DNA from: Anthoceros angustus
Taxonomy: Eukaryota; Plantae; Anthocerotophyta
Direction: 5' to 3'
Assembly (NCBI GenBank): GCA_010909165.1
Contig: MU008169.1
Span: 496,001-560,000 of the forward strand
DNA: 64,000 nt
Shown in pieces: positions 1 through 11,772 of the stretch (positions are counted from its first letter, which is position 1; every line of letters starts with the position of its first letter). Position numbers and translations under genes: made by a program. The notes under the pieces were generated by a model. The model did not search any database. It was not told the DNA's origin and saw only the letters and a list, made by a program, of their open reading frames with translations.

Positions 1-908
1 TACCCCTTCAGCCTCCGGGAAGGCACGCCCACCGCCGTCTCCCACGGCCTGTGGCTCAACATCCCCGACTACGACGCTCCCACCCAGCTGGTGAAGCCGG
101 CGGAACGCAACAAGAGGTTCTTCATTCAGGCCCAGCGTTTTGCATGTCCGTCTTCCTGTTCTGGGACTAAAGGTTCTGTGCTGGGTCCCAACTGGTTCCT
201 GTGCTGGGTCCCAGCTGGTTCCTGTTCTGGAACTGCTTCTCATATATTCCGTTGCTGTGCTGGAACTGGAACTGGCAGGTATGTGGACGCCGTGCTCACC
301 ATCCCCAAGGGAACCCTGTTCCCCATGTGCGGCATGAACCTGGCATTCAACCGAGACCTCATCGGCCCGGCCATGTACTTCGGGCTCATGGGCGATGGGC
401 AGCCCATTGGGCGATACGACGACATGTGGGCTGGATGGTGTGTTAAGGTACTTACATGGGTTCTTCTGTCGATGCTCTGTCTGTGCCAGGTATGGGGTAA
501 GCCTTCCCTTTCTCTGTTGTGACTTGGTTGTCCTCCTTCTGGTTGTTTCAGGTCATCTGCGACCATCTGGGGATCGGAGTGAAGACGGGGCTGCCTTACA
601 TCTGGCACAGCAAGGCCAGCAATGCGTTTGTGAACCTGCAAAAGGAGTATAAGGGCATTTTCTGGCAGGAGGAGCTCATCCCCTTCTTCCAGCAAGTGCA
701 GCTGACCAAGGACGCTGTCACTGTGGAGCAATGCTATCTGGAGCTCTCAAAGGCTGTCAAGGAAAAGCTGAGCGGCATCGACCCCTACTTCACCAAGCTG
801 TCGGATGCCATGGTGACGTGGATCGAGTCCTGGAAGCTTCTCAACTCCCCAGACAGCAACGCCCTCTTGTCGAACGGGCCTTCCAAGACCGGCAGCAGAA
901 ACAAGTAG
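1..908 (+). CDS. RGP: Reversibly glycosylated polypeptide / UDP-arabinopyranose mutase, 3' part (5' end outside window); exons 1-116, 279-447, 552-908
   Basis: Spliced translation [34 protein letters not shown]|[56 protein letters not shown]|[23 protein letters not shown] matches the RGP/UAM family; GT-AG introns 117-278 and 448-551. Confidence 0.95.
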
Positions 909-1665
909 AGCTGGCTGGTGTGGAGTACGTTTCAAGGGGCCTTGATTCCTTGAAACGTGACCAAATTTTGCAGCCCTGGTTTTTTCATCTTTCAACCAGC
1001 ATCTGCTCAAGTCTCGCTTCGTGGTGCTGTGGGCCATGTCGCCTTGCTGGTTGTCATAAGTTATTCTGTTTAGCTGTAGTGAGCTATTGCCCGAGTCCTT
1101 ACAGGACCTTCCTTGATTTAATCACTTATTTAAACTGGAAAGAAGTTTTTGAAAGTTTTGCTCCCACCAGCTAGTCGGTTAGTCTGTGTTCAGATCAGTA
1201 CCTGTCACGTTTTTGAAGACCCGCCGTTTTCAAGACGACCCGCTGCTCCTTCTTGTTTGCGGTAGGTGTCATGGAAGTCAGGACACAACTACCCCATGCG
1301 TTTTATCTGCTGCTTGGCTTGTCAGAAGACCAGTGCCGAGTGGAGGAAGACTCGAAAAGCAGAACACATGACGAGAAAGGAGTAGAAGGACTCTTTGTCT
1401 GAAGGAATCGCTTCATGTGGCTACAGCTGGAGTACAGACTGATGACACAGATGACAACGAGCATCTTCTGAGGACAGCTATAACTGATATAATTAAACAT
1501 GAACCTGTACAACAGGATGGCTTCGGGAGTCTCAGATTTCCATAGAGAAGAGTGGTAGGCGAAGTGTCGAGCAGTGTAGACGCGTAGGTCAAGAAGTTGC
1601 ACGAACAGCTCTAGAGTTTTGTTGCCATCATACAAGCCTACACAGGCTTATGAACACAATCAACT

Positions 1666-2062
1666 CGTGCAACCGCTATCATTCTCAGTTCTCTAAAGAT
1701 AGATCAGGAGTGCAATCCCCCCTTTCCTGAGATGGAAGCAGAAAACCATTGAGAGAACCAGAATACGCTTTACAACAGAGACTTTTTCCACAGCTTCCAC
1801 ACCATGTCCCTGTACTCTGTGCGAGTTAACCCTGGCTTCTCGTGCAACCGCTATCATTCTCAGCACTTCAAGCCCCTGCTCTCAGAGTCAGATCTGGAGT
1901 GCCCTCTCCTCTTTCCTGTCATCGTAGCGAAAAGCAATCTGAGAGAACCAGCGGCCCACGCTTTGCAACTCTCAACTGGCCTGGTTGAGTGGATTATCTG
2001 GAGACTTTTTCCACAGCTTCCACACCATGTCCTTGTACTGTGTGTGAGTTAACCCTGGCTTC
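1666..2062. repeat. Diverged two-copy tandem duplication of the CCDC124 last-exon/3'UTR segment
   Basis: cgtgcaaccgctatcattctcag occurs at ~1666 and ~1841. gagactttttccacagcttccacaccatgtcc...gagttaaccctggcttct occurs at ~1778 and ~2001. Confidence 0.8.
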
Positions 2063-2779
2063 TCCTCCTTCAGCTTCGGCAGTTCAGCCTCCTCAAAAGC
2101 CTGCACAGTTTTGCCCTCCAATCAGCTCCAAACACACTAACATATTCTCTGTCCCACACATCAACACAGGGAACAAGGAAAAGCTGGAGACGTGCTGGAA
2201 AACCGAAGATCCTACCTTGAACGAAGCCTTGAGCCGTCTTTCAGGATGCCGATCGGCAGGAAGCTCAGCGCCAGACACCGCGCTGATTTGAGCCAAGGCA
2301 GTGTCCAGATCCCTAGCATCCAGAAGAGTATCATCCCTGTTGGTATTCTCCACGGCAATCATCCGCTCATACTCATCCGAATCCGCAGTCCGAGCCTCCT
2401 TCCGCTTGGAAGCCAAAGCCTGAGCCGCCAGCTGCTGCCGCTCTTCCTCCTTCTGCTGCGCAAGCTGCGCAGCTGTCACCTTAGGCACCGGCACCGAAAC
2501 CCTGCCGGCTCTCTTATCCACCGCCTTGCCATACTTCTCCAGCTCCTTGGCCTCCTGCTCCGCAAGCTTCTTGGCCTCCGCTCTCTTCGCTGCCGCCTCC
2601 GCCCGCCGCTCTGCGTCCTCCTCCTTCTTCTTAGCCGACCTCAACTTCGGCCCCTCGGCCTCCTGCCAGTACTGCTCCTCCTTCCGCTTCGCCTCGGAGG
2701 CCTTCTTCTCCGACTCTGCCGCCGCTTTCCGCACTCTGGCCTCCTCCGCCTTGCTGTTCACTCCCATCTTCTTCGGCAT
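1972..2779 (-). CDS. CCDC124: Coiled-coil domain-containing protein 124 homologue (Lso2/CCDC124 family); exons 2779-2216 and 2100-1972
   Basis: MPKKMGVNSKAEEARVRK...ADRHPERRLKASFK|AFEEAELPKLKEEKPGLTHTQYKDMVWKLWKKSPDNPLNQ is typical of the family; GT-AG intron 2215-2101. Confidence 0.9.
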
Positions 2780-3964
2780 TTTGGTCCTCCCTTGTGCAAA
2801 CAGACAGAAATCGTCTAACCCCCGCCCGATTCCCCCAGCCTCCTCATCAATCTCCCTGGCACACCAATCCTGCTGCAGGTGAGATCCGGAGACAGATAGC
2901 AAGCTCGGGCACAAGTCATCCTACGCAAGTCGCACATGAGCCGGCCCTGTCGGGAAGAGCATTCTTGCAGAAGCCTCTAGGAGGTTCCGGGCATGTAAAA
3001 CCCACTCGAAGCCAGCAATCAAACAGGACATGCGCAGAACGGCCTTGACACGCTCGGATCAGAGGAACCTCAACACCTGGAAGGACATGTCAAATCCGGC
3101 TCTGCCAAGACCGAGGCTCAGGCTCCATCCACAGCAACCATGGGTAGGAATGTATACATGCATATCTCACGAGAATACGGTGCATACCGATATTAACATA
3201 ATAAGTTCTATTAACTTACAACTTAAGTACAGAAAAACTTAAGTTGTTATGGCATGGCCTGCAGCATTTGCCTCTGCTGCCGCCTCCGCCCGCCGCTCTG
3301 CGTCCTCCTCCTTCTTCTTAGCCGACCTCAACTTCGGCCCCTCGGCCTCCTGCCAGTACTGCTCCTCCTTCCGCTTCGCCTCAGGCCTTCTTCTCCGACT
3401 CTGCCGCCGCTTTCCGCACTCTGGCCTCCTCCGCCTTGCTGTTCACTCCCATCTTCTTCGGCATTTTGGTCCTCCCTTGTGCAAACAGACAGAAATCGTC
3501 TAACCCCCGCCCGATTCCCCCAGCCTCCTCATCAATCTCCCTGGCACACCAATCCTGCTGCAGGTGAGATCCGGAGACAGATAGCAAGCTCGGGCACAAG
3601 TCATCCTACGCAAGTCGCACATGAGCCGGCCCTGTCGGGAAGAGCATTCTTGCAGAAGCCTCTAGGAGGTTCCGGGCATGTAAAACCCACTCGCGAAGCC
3701 AGCAATCAAACAGGACATGCGCAGAACGGCCTTGACACGCTCGGATCAGAGGAACCTCAACACCTGGAAGGACATGTCAAATCCGGCTCTGCCAAGACCG
3801 AGGCTCAGGCTCCATCCACAGCAACCATGGGTAGGAATGTATACATGCATATCTCACGAGAATACGGTGCATACCGATATTAACATAATAAGTTCTATTA
3901 ACTTACAACTTAAGTACAGAAAAACTTAAGTTGTTATGGCATGGCCTGCAGCATTTGCCTCTGC
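2591..3964. repeat. Near-identical 687-bp tandem duplication (2591-3277, 3278-3964) of the CCDC124 promoter and 5' coding end
   Basis: Duplicate ORFs in the track (3030/3717; 2914/3599). The second copy is a truncated 5' CCDC124 fragment with a 2-bp deletion near 3383. Confidence 0.92.
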
Positions 3965-4803
3965 GTCCGCCATAGCTGTCCTAGCCGGCCAAGCTTCATC
4001 GACTATGCATACTCTCCCGTCATCACCCTGAAGTAGTCACTCCCAGGCCCACATAACTACAAGCGACAAAAAGGATGGCCCAGGTTGAGTGATTCAGATC
4101 CACTCCGTGTGGTCGCATCTGTTGAAGCCCTGCATTAATGCCATGCTCGCAATCTGAGCATTAACTTGTTGGAACGTTCTTCTGAGAGTGGCAGGCTCTC
4201 TTGAGACTCATCTCCAGACTGACTGGTGTATGCCCGCAGGCTCCAGTTGCTTCGCTTCGTGGAATGACGTTGGACAGCAGGTGCGACAACAAGGAAGGCG
4301 CCAAGTTAAGAAGCAAAGAGTTGAACATTGGGCAACAACATGTGGGATAATAAAAACATGTGTGGATCGATCTAGTGCACTAGCGGGCTGCAGCGGTGAG
4401 GTCGCAGGGCTGCGCAGCGCATTGCTGGTATGCTTCATATATGGCGTCAAACAATCAGAATTAGTGGAACAAGTTTTTCATGAACGAGTTTTTCCATGGA
4501 CTAGACTCTAGACTCCAGACGACGTGCTCGAGATCTCTAGAAACAAAATACAGACGTCCTCCACCACGTCGCCCCAGGACTGAAGTCATGTCCGCTCTAC
4601 TGGACATTCTTCATCCTGCACGTACAGAACACTCCTTGAGCCTGATGCGAGCTTGCAGCCCACTTCTCCCTGATCCCCCACCGGACCCAGTTGCGCAGTT
4701 GCGCAGTTGCGTTTCCGGGCCATCTAACGGATCTGAATACTGAACACGGAACCCAGGACGCGCCCCTAACATCGGGGACTGACCCCTTGCGGGACTGATC
4801 CAA

Positions 4804-5358
4804 TTAGCGGAGTGGGTTCCAAGGCGTCGTCGGGGTCAACCTCCGGCGTCGCGGTCCTCGGCCCCGTCCAAGTGAACGCCATGGGAAGTAGTTCGGGCGA
4901 TCGCCTGCAAGCGGCCTTCCCAGGACGTCTACGGTGGCCGGGGCGGGGATGCGTACGCGCATGGGCCCCCCTGAACGTCGACCCCTCTCCCGATTGCTCA
5001 AGGGGAGGAGGAAGTTGTTCCTGCCACACCCGTGCCAGATGGCTTCAAACTGACGGAGCTGTTGGACCACCACGGCCAGGGGCTGATTCTCGCCCTCCTC
5101 CAGGATCTCGTCCTCCACCACCTCCTCCGCCGGATCCACCTTCGCCTTCGGATCCGCCTCCTGCTCTTGTTGTTCCCCCGCCTGCCCCGGTGCCTGCTCC
5201 TCCTGCTCTTGTTGCTCACCCGCCTGCCCCGGTGCCTGCTCCTGTTGCTCTTGTTGCTCTGCCTGCCACGGTGCCTGCTGCTCCTGCGGCTTTTCAACTT
5301 CCGCGGCCCCCTCTACCGCTTCCGCACGCGCCCCCGCCTCCTGCTGCTCCGGATCCAT
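4804..5358 (-). CDS. Unknown low-complexity E/Q-rich ORF with ~36-bp internal repeats; possibly the first exon of a gene or pseudogene extending to ~3927
   Basis: GC-rich ORF MDPEQQEAG... with (EQQEQEEQAPGQAG)-type repeats at ~5160-5285. A possible terminal exon (cag|GDDGRVCIVDEAW...) lies near 4027-3927. No family recognised. Confidence 0.3.
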   Translation of the reverse strand: MDPEQQEAGARAEAVEGAAEVEKPQEQQAPWQAEQQEQQEQAPGQAGEQQEQEEQAPGQAGEQQEQEADPKAKVDPAEEVVEDEILEEGENQPLAVVVQQLRQFEAIWHGCGRNNFLLPLSNRERGRRSGGPMRVRIPAPATVDVLGRPLAGDRPNYFPWRSLGRGRGPRRRRLTPTTPWNPLR

Positions 5359-5524
5359 CACACTTACTCCTGCCGTGCTGCCCTCCACTGGACGACCAAG
5401 CATAACAACCATGGAAGTCCGAGGTAGGTCGACCAAGCAAGCCAACAATATTATACAAGTCGCAATATATATATATATCTTAATGGTCCAAACCTTCAGC
5501 TTATAAGAACTAAACTTCCCTGCG

Positions 5525-6225
5525 CTAAATACTCTACGACAAGAGATCTATTCAAAAAGGACTCGAGAGTGTTGAGTATCTTAGACACACTGGACAAACA
5601 TACCCTTATATAGGATGGAAAACTTATAGATATCCTTATATAGTACTCTACATATACATCACAAGTGCACAAATGGATCAATCATATAAATTACTAAATC
5701 TGAAAACCTACTTATTCTAAAAACAACTAAACTTCATTACAAGTTCAATCCTAAACTAAATACTCGACTGACAAGAGATACTATTCAAAAAGAACTCAAA
5801 GTGTTGAGAATATCTCGAACACACTAGAAGAACACATCCTTATATAGGATGGAGAACCTATAGATATCCTTATATAGTACTCTACATACACATCACAAGT
5901 GCACAAATGGATCAATCATATAAATCACTAAATCTGAAACCTACTTATTCCAAAAACAACTAAACTTCATTACAATTTCAGTCCTCAGCTAAATACTCGA
6001 CTGACAAGAGATGCTATTCAAAAAGGACTCAAATTGTTGAGAATATCTCAGACACACTAGAAGAATATACCCTTATACAGGATGGAGAACCTTTAGATAT
6101 CCTTATATAGTACTCTACATACACATCACAAGTGCACAAATGGGTCATATAAATCACTAAACTTAAAAACCTACTTATTCCATAAACAACTAAACTTCAT
6201 TGCAAGCTCAAGTCTCGAGCTAAAT
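5525..6225. repeat. AT-rich tandem repeat, ~232-bp unit x3
   Basis: ctaaata recurs at 5525, 5756, 5989 and 6220, with shared internal blocks (catcacaagtgcacaaatgg, cctacttattc). Confidence 0.85.
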
Positions 6226-7396
6226 AAGAAGGCTACATAATTGACTCATTCACAAGCTACTTGCTTCCTTCAAGTTTCTTAAATTCGGATAAAAAAGTTT
6301 CACATTATATAAAATAGAAAATTTTATCATCCTGTTGAGTTGTTATTGTTGATACTATGTTAAATTAAAGACGGAGGGGCAGAGAGGGGATCTTTCATTT
6401 TGATGCTACTTTACTTTGTAAGCTGAATTTCCACTTCTGTAGCGTTTGGATTTATGAGGCTAGAAAATCTTTTCAGCTACCGAAATAAATCTTTTACTCA
6501 TGGTATTTACTTTTTATATACCATGGTCAACACACAATTTGCTACGCCGGCTTCTCCTATGGTTTTTGAGAAGAGTGCATTCCAAGGCATAGCTTCTTGT
6601 AACACCATCTCTACTTGGTATATTAAAATAAAACTCGTCGTTAGATTTGTGAAACAACCACTTCACTTGCACTTGCTTCAAACAAAACAACCATGAATAT
6701 GATGAAGGATTAGATAAAAAAACAACAACGCTGAACTCTTTGATCATCTAACAAACGAAATACAACAAAAGGTAAATAGCCTCTAGAGCATTAGTGGATA
6801 TATCTCAATATGAATGGTGACTGGCTGGTATAGCTGGCTGGTTATTCATGGATATAACTGGTTGAATCGATTGGCATGGGCAGCCAGCTAATTACAGAAG
6901 ATGTCGACTACAATTTTCCCATTGCACAAATCTACAGGTGGCTTGCCCGCTGGCGAGCTGGCGGCCGTAGGGTAGGAGTTTGGGTAGCACACCAGGTGCA
7001 CAGCTAGCAAGGGCAAAATCAAAACTCAGTGCAGAAGCAGCTGGCGCCGTGGGCTAGGTAGCTAGCAAAGGCGCTAGCAAACACCGGGCGGAATGGGATG
7101 CCCGGAGCTTTGGTCTCTGCGGTAGCTCATATGCCCACATAGGGAAATTGAAATGCAATAGCGCGGCTAGAGCTATGGCACCAGTTTTGAGTAATATCAT
7201 GAAATCGCACTCTTGCTCTCGCCCGTCCTCCGCCGCCTCCCACCGGCGAGCCCTGGCGCCACGCTGAAGATGGCGGTGGCGCCGAGGGAGGGTGATCATG
7301 GTTGGAGCGTCATCGTGTACTGGACATCTGTTCGGAAGATTTTCCTTTCCCCGTTGTCATGGCCGTGACTTAGACTACTGCGAATGAGCTCACGAG

Positions 7397-7600
7397 GAAG
7401 AAGAAGAAGAAGAATTTTATTTAAGCCCACTAAGGACGGATTTCCGTCATGGGACTTGGTACTAAACAACTTGTACCATGGTGTGCCTAAGCTACTTACA
7501 CCAAGGGCATCCACTTCCTTCAGGCACCCCATCTAAGTAGCCGATCTAAGCGCAGATGCTTAATCAGGACGGTCTTATAAATGTGTTTTCATTTGGGATC
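7397..7600 (-). mobile_element. Dispersed ~210-bp SINE-like or LINE-tail element, copy 1
   Basis: Shares ccactaaggacggatttccgtcatgggacttggtact..aacaacttgtaccatggtgtgcctaagct with the copies at 25131, 50398 (reverse) and 51275; (GAA)n/(TTC)n at one end. Confidence 0.7.
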
Positions 7601-7648
7601 TTACATTTAATATATATATCATATTATACGCTGATTGCGGTCATCCCC

Positions 7649-7729
7649 GTGGACGTGCCGGAGTGGTTATCGGGCATGACTAGAAATCATGTGGGTTCGC
7701 CCGCGCAGGTTCGAATCCTGCCGTCCACG
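7649..7729 (+). tRNA. trnS-AGA: tRNA-Ser, anticodon AGA
   Basis: gtggacg/cgtccac acceptor stem, anticodon arm catga-ctAGAaa-tcatg, long variable arm, GGTTCGAATCC B box, downstream TTTTT terminator; closely resembles plant cytosolic tRNA-Ser(AGA). Confidence 0.97.
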
Positions 7730-7741
7730 TATGCTTATACC

Positions 7742-7857
7742 CCTTGTTAGTCCTTTTTCGTCAGGGATATCCCTTTAAGGAGGCACGTCCGTGTATCTCC
7801 CTTGTTAGTCCTTTTTCGTCAGGGATATCCCTTTAAGGAGGCACGTCCGTGTATCTC
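7742..7857. repeat. ~59-bp direct duplication containing the tRNA Pol III terminator
   Basis: ccttgttagtcctttttcgtcagggatatccc(c)tttaaggaggcacgtccgtgtatctc occurs twice in tandem. Confidence 0.85.
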
Positions 7858-7949
7858 GTATATAGTTCCTTCTTATCAGTTATGCATAAAGATATCCTTT
7901 TAGGGAGGGCTGTGCTTCCCGCTGGGATGGCTGCAGGACTGATGCTAAG

Positions 7950-8872
7950 ACTGTGTAAGTGTACGCCACGATTGCAGCATGTTTGTGCTCAGGAGGAAGA
8001 GAAATGGCTTTGCAGCTGTATGCCCAGATGCAAGCAGAGGGAATGAAACCACACGAGGCTACATTCCTGTCTGTCCCCAAAGTGTGCAGCAGCACAGGGG
8101 CATTCAACATGTGTGTTCATGTACCCACCAGACCATTCTCTGAAATGGATTTGAATGCCGTCTTCCTGCTGCAACCAGCCTCTTTCATGCATATAGCAAA
8201 TGTTGGAGCATGATGGATGCCCCCCATGTCGTCAACTCCCTATTTCGCCCAGATGGTCATCTCGTGGAATGCAATTCTTAAGCAGGCTATGTCCGGCCGG
8301 GCGATTAGAATTACTCGAGCATACAGTGCTATGACATCATCGTTGTTACAATCTGGCTCGAAATCAGACAGAGTCTCCTTCTTGGGCTATGCGGATCTAA
8401 GTGGTCGACAGGAGACTGGAGTACTTCGAAACAAAGACCGGGGAGTAGAGCATTTTTGCAGACAAGGAACGATCCGCTTGTACAATCAACCTCGCCTGTC
8501 GTGCAGATCTTTCAGGAAAGCTGAACGCTGCTTTCACAGATGCCGATTCAGCCTGGCCCACCTGTCTGGTTGTGCCTGTTGTGGTGATGTTGCAGTTAAA
8601 GAGCAGGCCGTGGCTGAAGCAGTTGTAGAGATCCGGAACATGCAGCAGCCTGTGTTCTCATGTCATATATTTATGTAGACGCTGGCATGTTGGATTGTGC
8701 AAGAACGGTAAGTGAGTTGAGGCAGAAGGCAGTTTCCTGGCCAGAGAAGATGCTTGGGCAGAGCTGGATCGAGCATTTCGAGGGGTGGACACATTTCTAT
8801 CGGATGACTGCAACAAACACCAACAGACAACCATGTCGTATGAGAAATCGGAAGACGTCATCGCAAAGCTAA
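7950..8872 (+). pseudogene. Degenerate PLS-class PPR gene fragment
   Basis: Pieces in shifting frames: REMALQLYAQMQAEGMKPHEATFLSV.KVCSSTGA, VISWNAIL, and an E-domain-like YVDAGML...GQSWIEH; several stops and frameshifts. Confidence 0.7.
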
Positions 8873-9263
8873 AGCTCGAACGATATTAAAACGATTCTGC
8901 TTGTTGAAGGCAAAGTTGCTCACCACACGACCTTGGGCTTGGGTCCGTAGCAACAGTTCCTCACATACATACCTTTTTCCTAACTTTTCCTCGATTTTCT
9001 TACTTTTCCTGAAGCCACGGCCGCAGGAATTCGCGAAATTCCGTATCAGACGAACGGCATGGGGGGACGGAAATTCCTGGCACCGACAGCAAAAAACCAG
9101 GAGAGAGCCAGCTCCGCCGGCAATGTGACAATCGCCACGATTGGAAAGCGGTCGGGCTCGGTGTGACAGATTTTCGCTCATCAAGCGCGTGGCAGCTGCT
9201 TCCACCAGCTGCGAGCTTTCTGCGGCGCCTGTGCTGTTTGTTGCTCTAAAGCGGAATTGCACC

Positions 9264-11456
9264 ATGGCGGAGCAGCTGCAGCAACAGCAGGTGAAGAAGA
9301 CCACTATTCCTGTCTACGGCACCTTCCTCAGCAGCGCCTTCGCCGCCTGCGTGGCTGAGGTGAGTGCCGCTTCTCTGCCGGAGGATCTAGGTTGCGGATT
9401 TCTGGTGTGGATTGTGTGCGTTTGTTGGTGAGCTGAATTTTCTGAGAATGCGGCGCGCTCTTGCTGCGGGAGGATTGTAGCTGGTTTGTTGGAGGGAGAT
9501 CAGTAGAGTGATCCTGTTGAGGTAGCTGTCAGGCTTGATTTCGTGTTTGCGGTTGGAATTTCTGTCTGTCTGGCGCTGGTGGAGACTGTTGTAGTGCGCA
9601 TGAGGCTGATCAGGTGGCAGGAGCTTTTTAGTGCATGAGCCGGCAGAAGGCCTTTGCAGATTTGCTCTCTTCCGAAGCTGGTTGTTTTGTGGCACGTGCT
9701 CACTGATTGCATGCTGTCAGCGTCGGCACTGCTTCCAATGGAAGTGTTGTTGAGTCTGGTTGCTGCATTGCCTGAACCGGGCAACCCTAGGCTGTGGCAG
9801 AAGTGACATGAGTGACAGAATTGCAGGCTGCTGTTGGAGCAGTTTGTAGTTTGGCATTCAGCTTGGTTTCTGACTTTGCAGTTGCGTTACAGGTTTGTAC
9901 CATCCCCATAGATACAGCTAAGGTAAGGTTGCAGCTTCAGAGCAAGTCGAGTGATCCTTCGGTGAAAGCGAAATACCATGGGATGCTTGGTACCATGCGC
10001 ACCGTGGTGGCTGATGAGGGAGCGACAGCCCTGTGGAAAGGCATTGTGCCAGGTCTTCATCGGCAAATTCTCTTTGGAGGCCTACGTATTGGTCTCTACG
10101 ATCCTGTAAGTGTGTATCACCAGCTTTCTTACTTGCCCTGGCTTTGCAAAACCGTTAATTCTGCACTTGACCGGCGCCGATTGCTAGCTTTGGCCATGTA
10201 TGGCGGCTGATTAGTGTCCCCGTTGCCGAGCTGCAGGTGAAGCAGCTTTATGTTGGTAGAGACCATGTTGGAGATGTTCCACTTTTGAAGAAGATAGCTG
10301 CAGCTTTGACAACAGGTTGGACATGCTTTCCCTGTCCTTATGTCTGTTAGGTAGTGCTGCGTTTTGAGGTACTCTACTCTTCCAGACGACAGCATTTTTC
10401 TCTTGTGTTTCTTCTCATTTGAATCACCGTAAGTCACTGGAAACAGGTGCACTCGCTATCACTGTTGCGAACCCAACCGACTTGGTGAAGGTTCGACTGC
10501 AGGCTCAAGGAAGAGATCCTGGTGTCCCGTTACGGTATTCTGGAGCAATGAACGCTTACTCGACAATTTACAGAACGGTGTGCATTCTTCTGGGCACTCT
10601 CTTACGTTGATCTGCATTCACATCTTTATCAGCTATTCTGTTCTAATTTTGTTCTGTATTGCTGTTGGCAGGAAGGTGTCACGGCCTTGTGGACTGGCCT
10701 AGGTCCAAATGTGGCGAGGAATGCTATAATCAACGCTGCTGAGTTGGCTAGCTACGATCAAGTGAAACAGGTATGATTCATACTCCAAGTTGGAAACCAG
10801 GAATGCAGTTGTTGTTGGTTTAGGCGGAGTCACGAATGATTTTGGTGGTTGGATGCGGCAGACTTTGCTTAAGGCTGGATTCAAAGACAATGTAGTGACC
10901 CACATTTTTTCTGGTCTCGGAGCTGGATTCTTTGCTGTGTGCATCGGCTCTCCTGTGGATGTGGTAAGCTCCAACACTGGCTCAGTGCTTCACGAAATCA
11001 TTGTGTTTCTTCTCTCAACCTATTGTCTTTTTTAATTTGAAGGTGAAATCAAGGATGATGGGCAACTCGTCAGCATACAACAGCACTCTTGACTGCTTCG
11101 TACAGACGTTGAAAAACGATGTAAGACATTTCTCCGGATCAGCTCGGCTTACTCCTGACAACGCAGCCAAGCGTCAATGCTTTCATTCCGTGAGAAAAGT
11201 ATTCAGCCTTGTTGGGTGGTTTGATTGTCTCTCTGGTAGGGTCCCACTGCCTTCTACAAGGGGTTCATTCCCAACTTCGCAAGACTGGGAACATGGAACG
11301 TTATTATGTTCCTGACGTTGGAGCAGGTATCAGTCTACGTCATTGTCCTGCGTTTGCTGTGACTTTGATGTGTGAGGTGTGGGAAATTGATGCCATCCTC
11401 TGACGTACATTCTGCATGTTACACAGACGAAGAAGCTGTTCATACGGGAAGAGTGA
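9264..11456 (+). CDS. UCP1: Mitochondrial uncoupling protein (PUMP/UCP, SLC25 carrier); 9 exons: 9264-9359, 9893-10105, 10237-10315, 10447-10577, 10672-10770, 10862-10963, 11043-11120, 11240-11326, 11427-11456
   Basis: [10 protein letters not shown]|[66 protein letters not shown]|[32 protein letters not shown]: three carrier signatures with GT-AG junctions. The exact paralogue is uncertain. Confidence 0.93.
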
Positions 11457-11772
11457 AAGTTACTGGGAGTCCCATGCCCTGCAAATTCAATATTACTTCT
11501 TGGAATTGAGATTAAGATCATCAGGACATAGGAGATGATTGGATGTCCTGACCGGCATTGTTAGCCTCCATTTTTGCAGCCCCGTCCGAGTGGCCGCTAT
11601 TCTTTTTCCAATAAAATTTGAGGCCCTTAAGCATCCGTTAATCCGGCTTCCGTTTCCGCTCTGAGTTCGCCTAGGTCTAGGTGCGGTGTACAGCACATGA
11701 ATTGAAGCCGAGCAGCAGGCCGGGTGCTCTTCTCCGTCGTCGGGCTACGGGGTTGCACCACAGTCTTCAAAA

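Noticed and set aside
2192-2882. Long + strand ORFs (208 aa, 118 aa)
   Set aside because: Antisense shadows of the GC-rich CCDC124 CDS.
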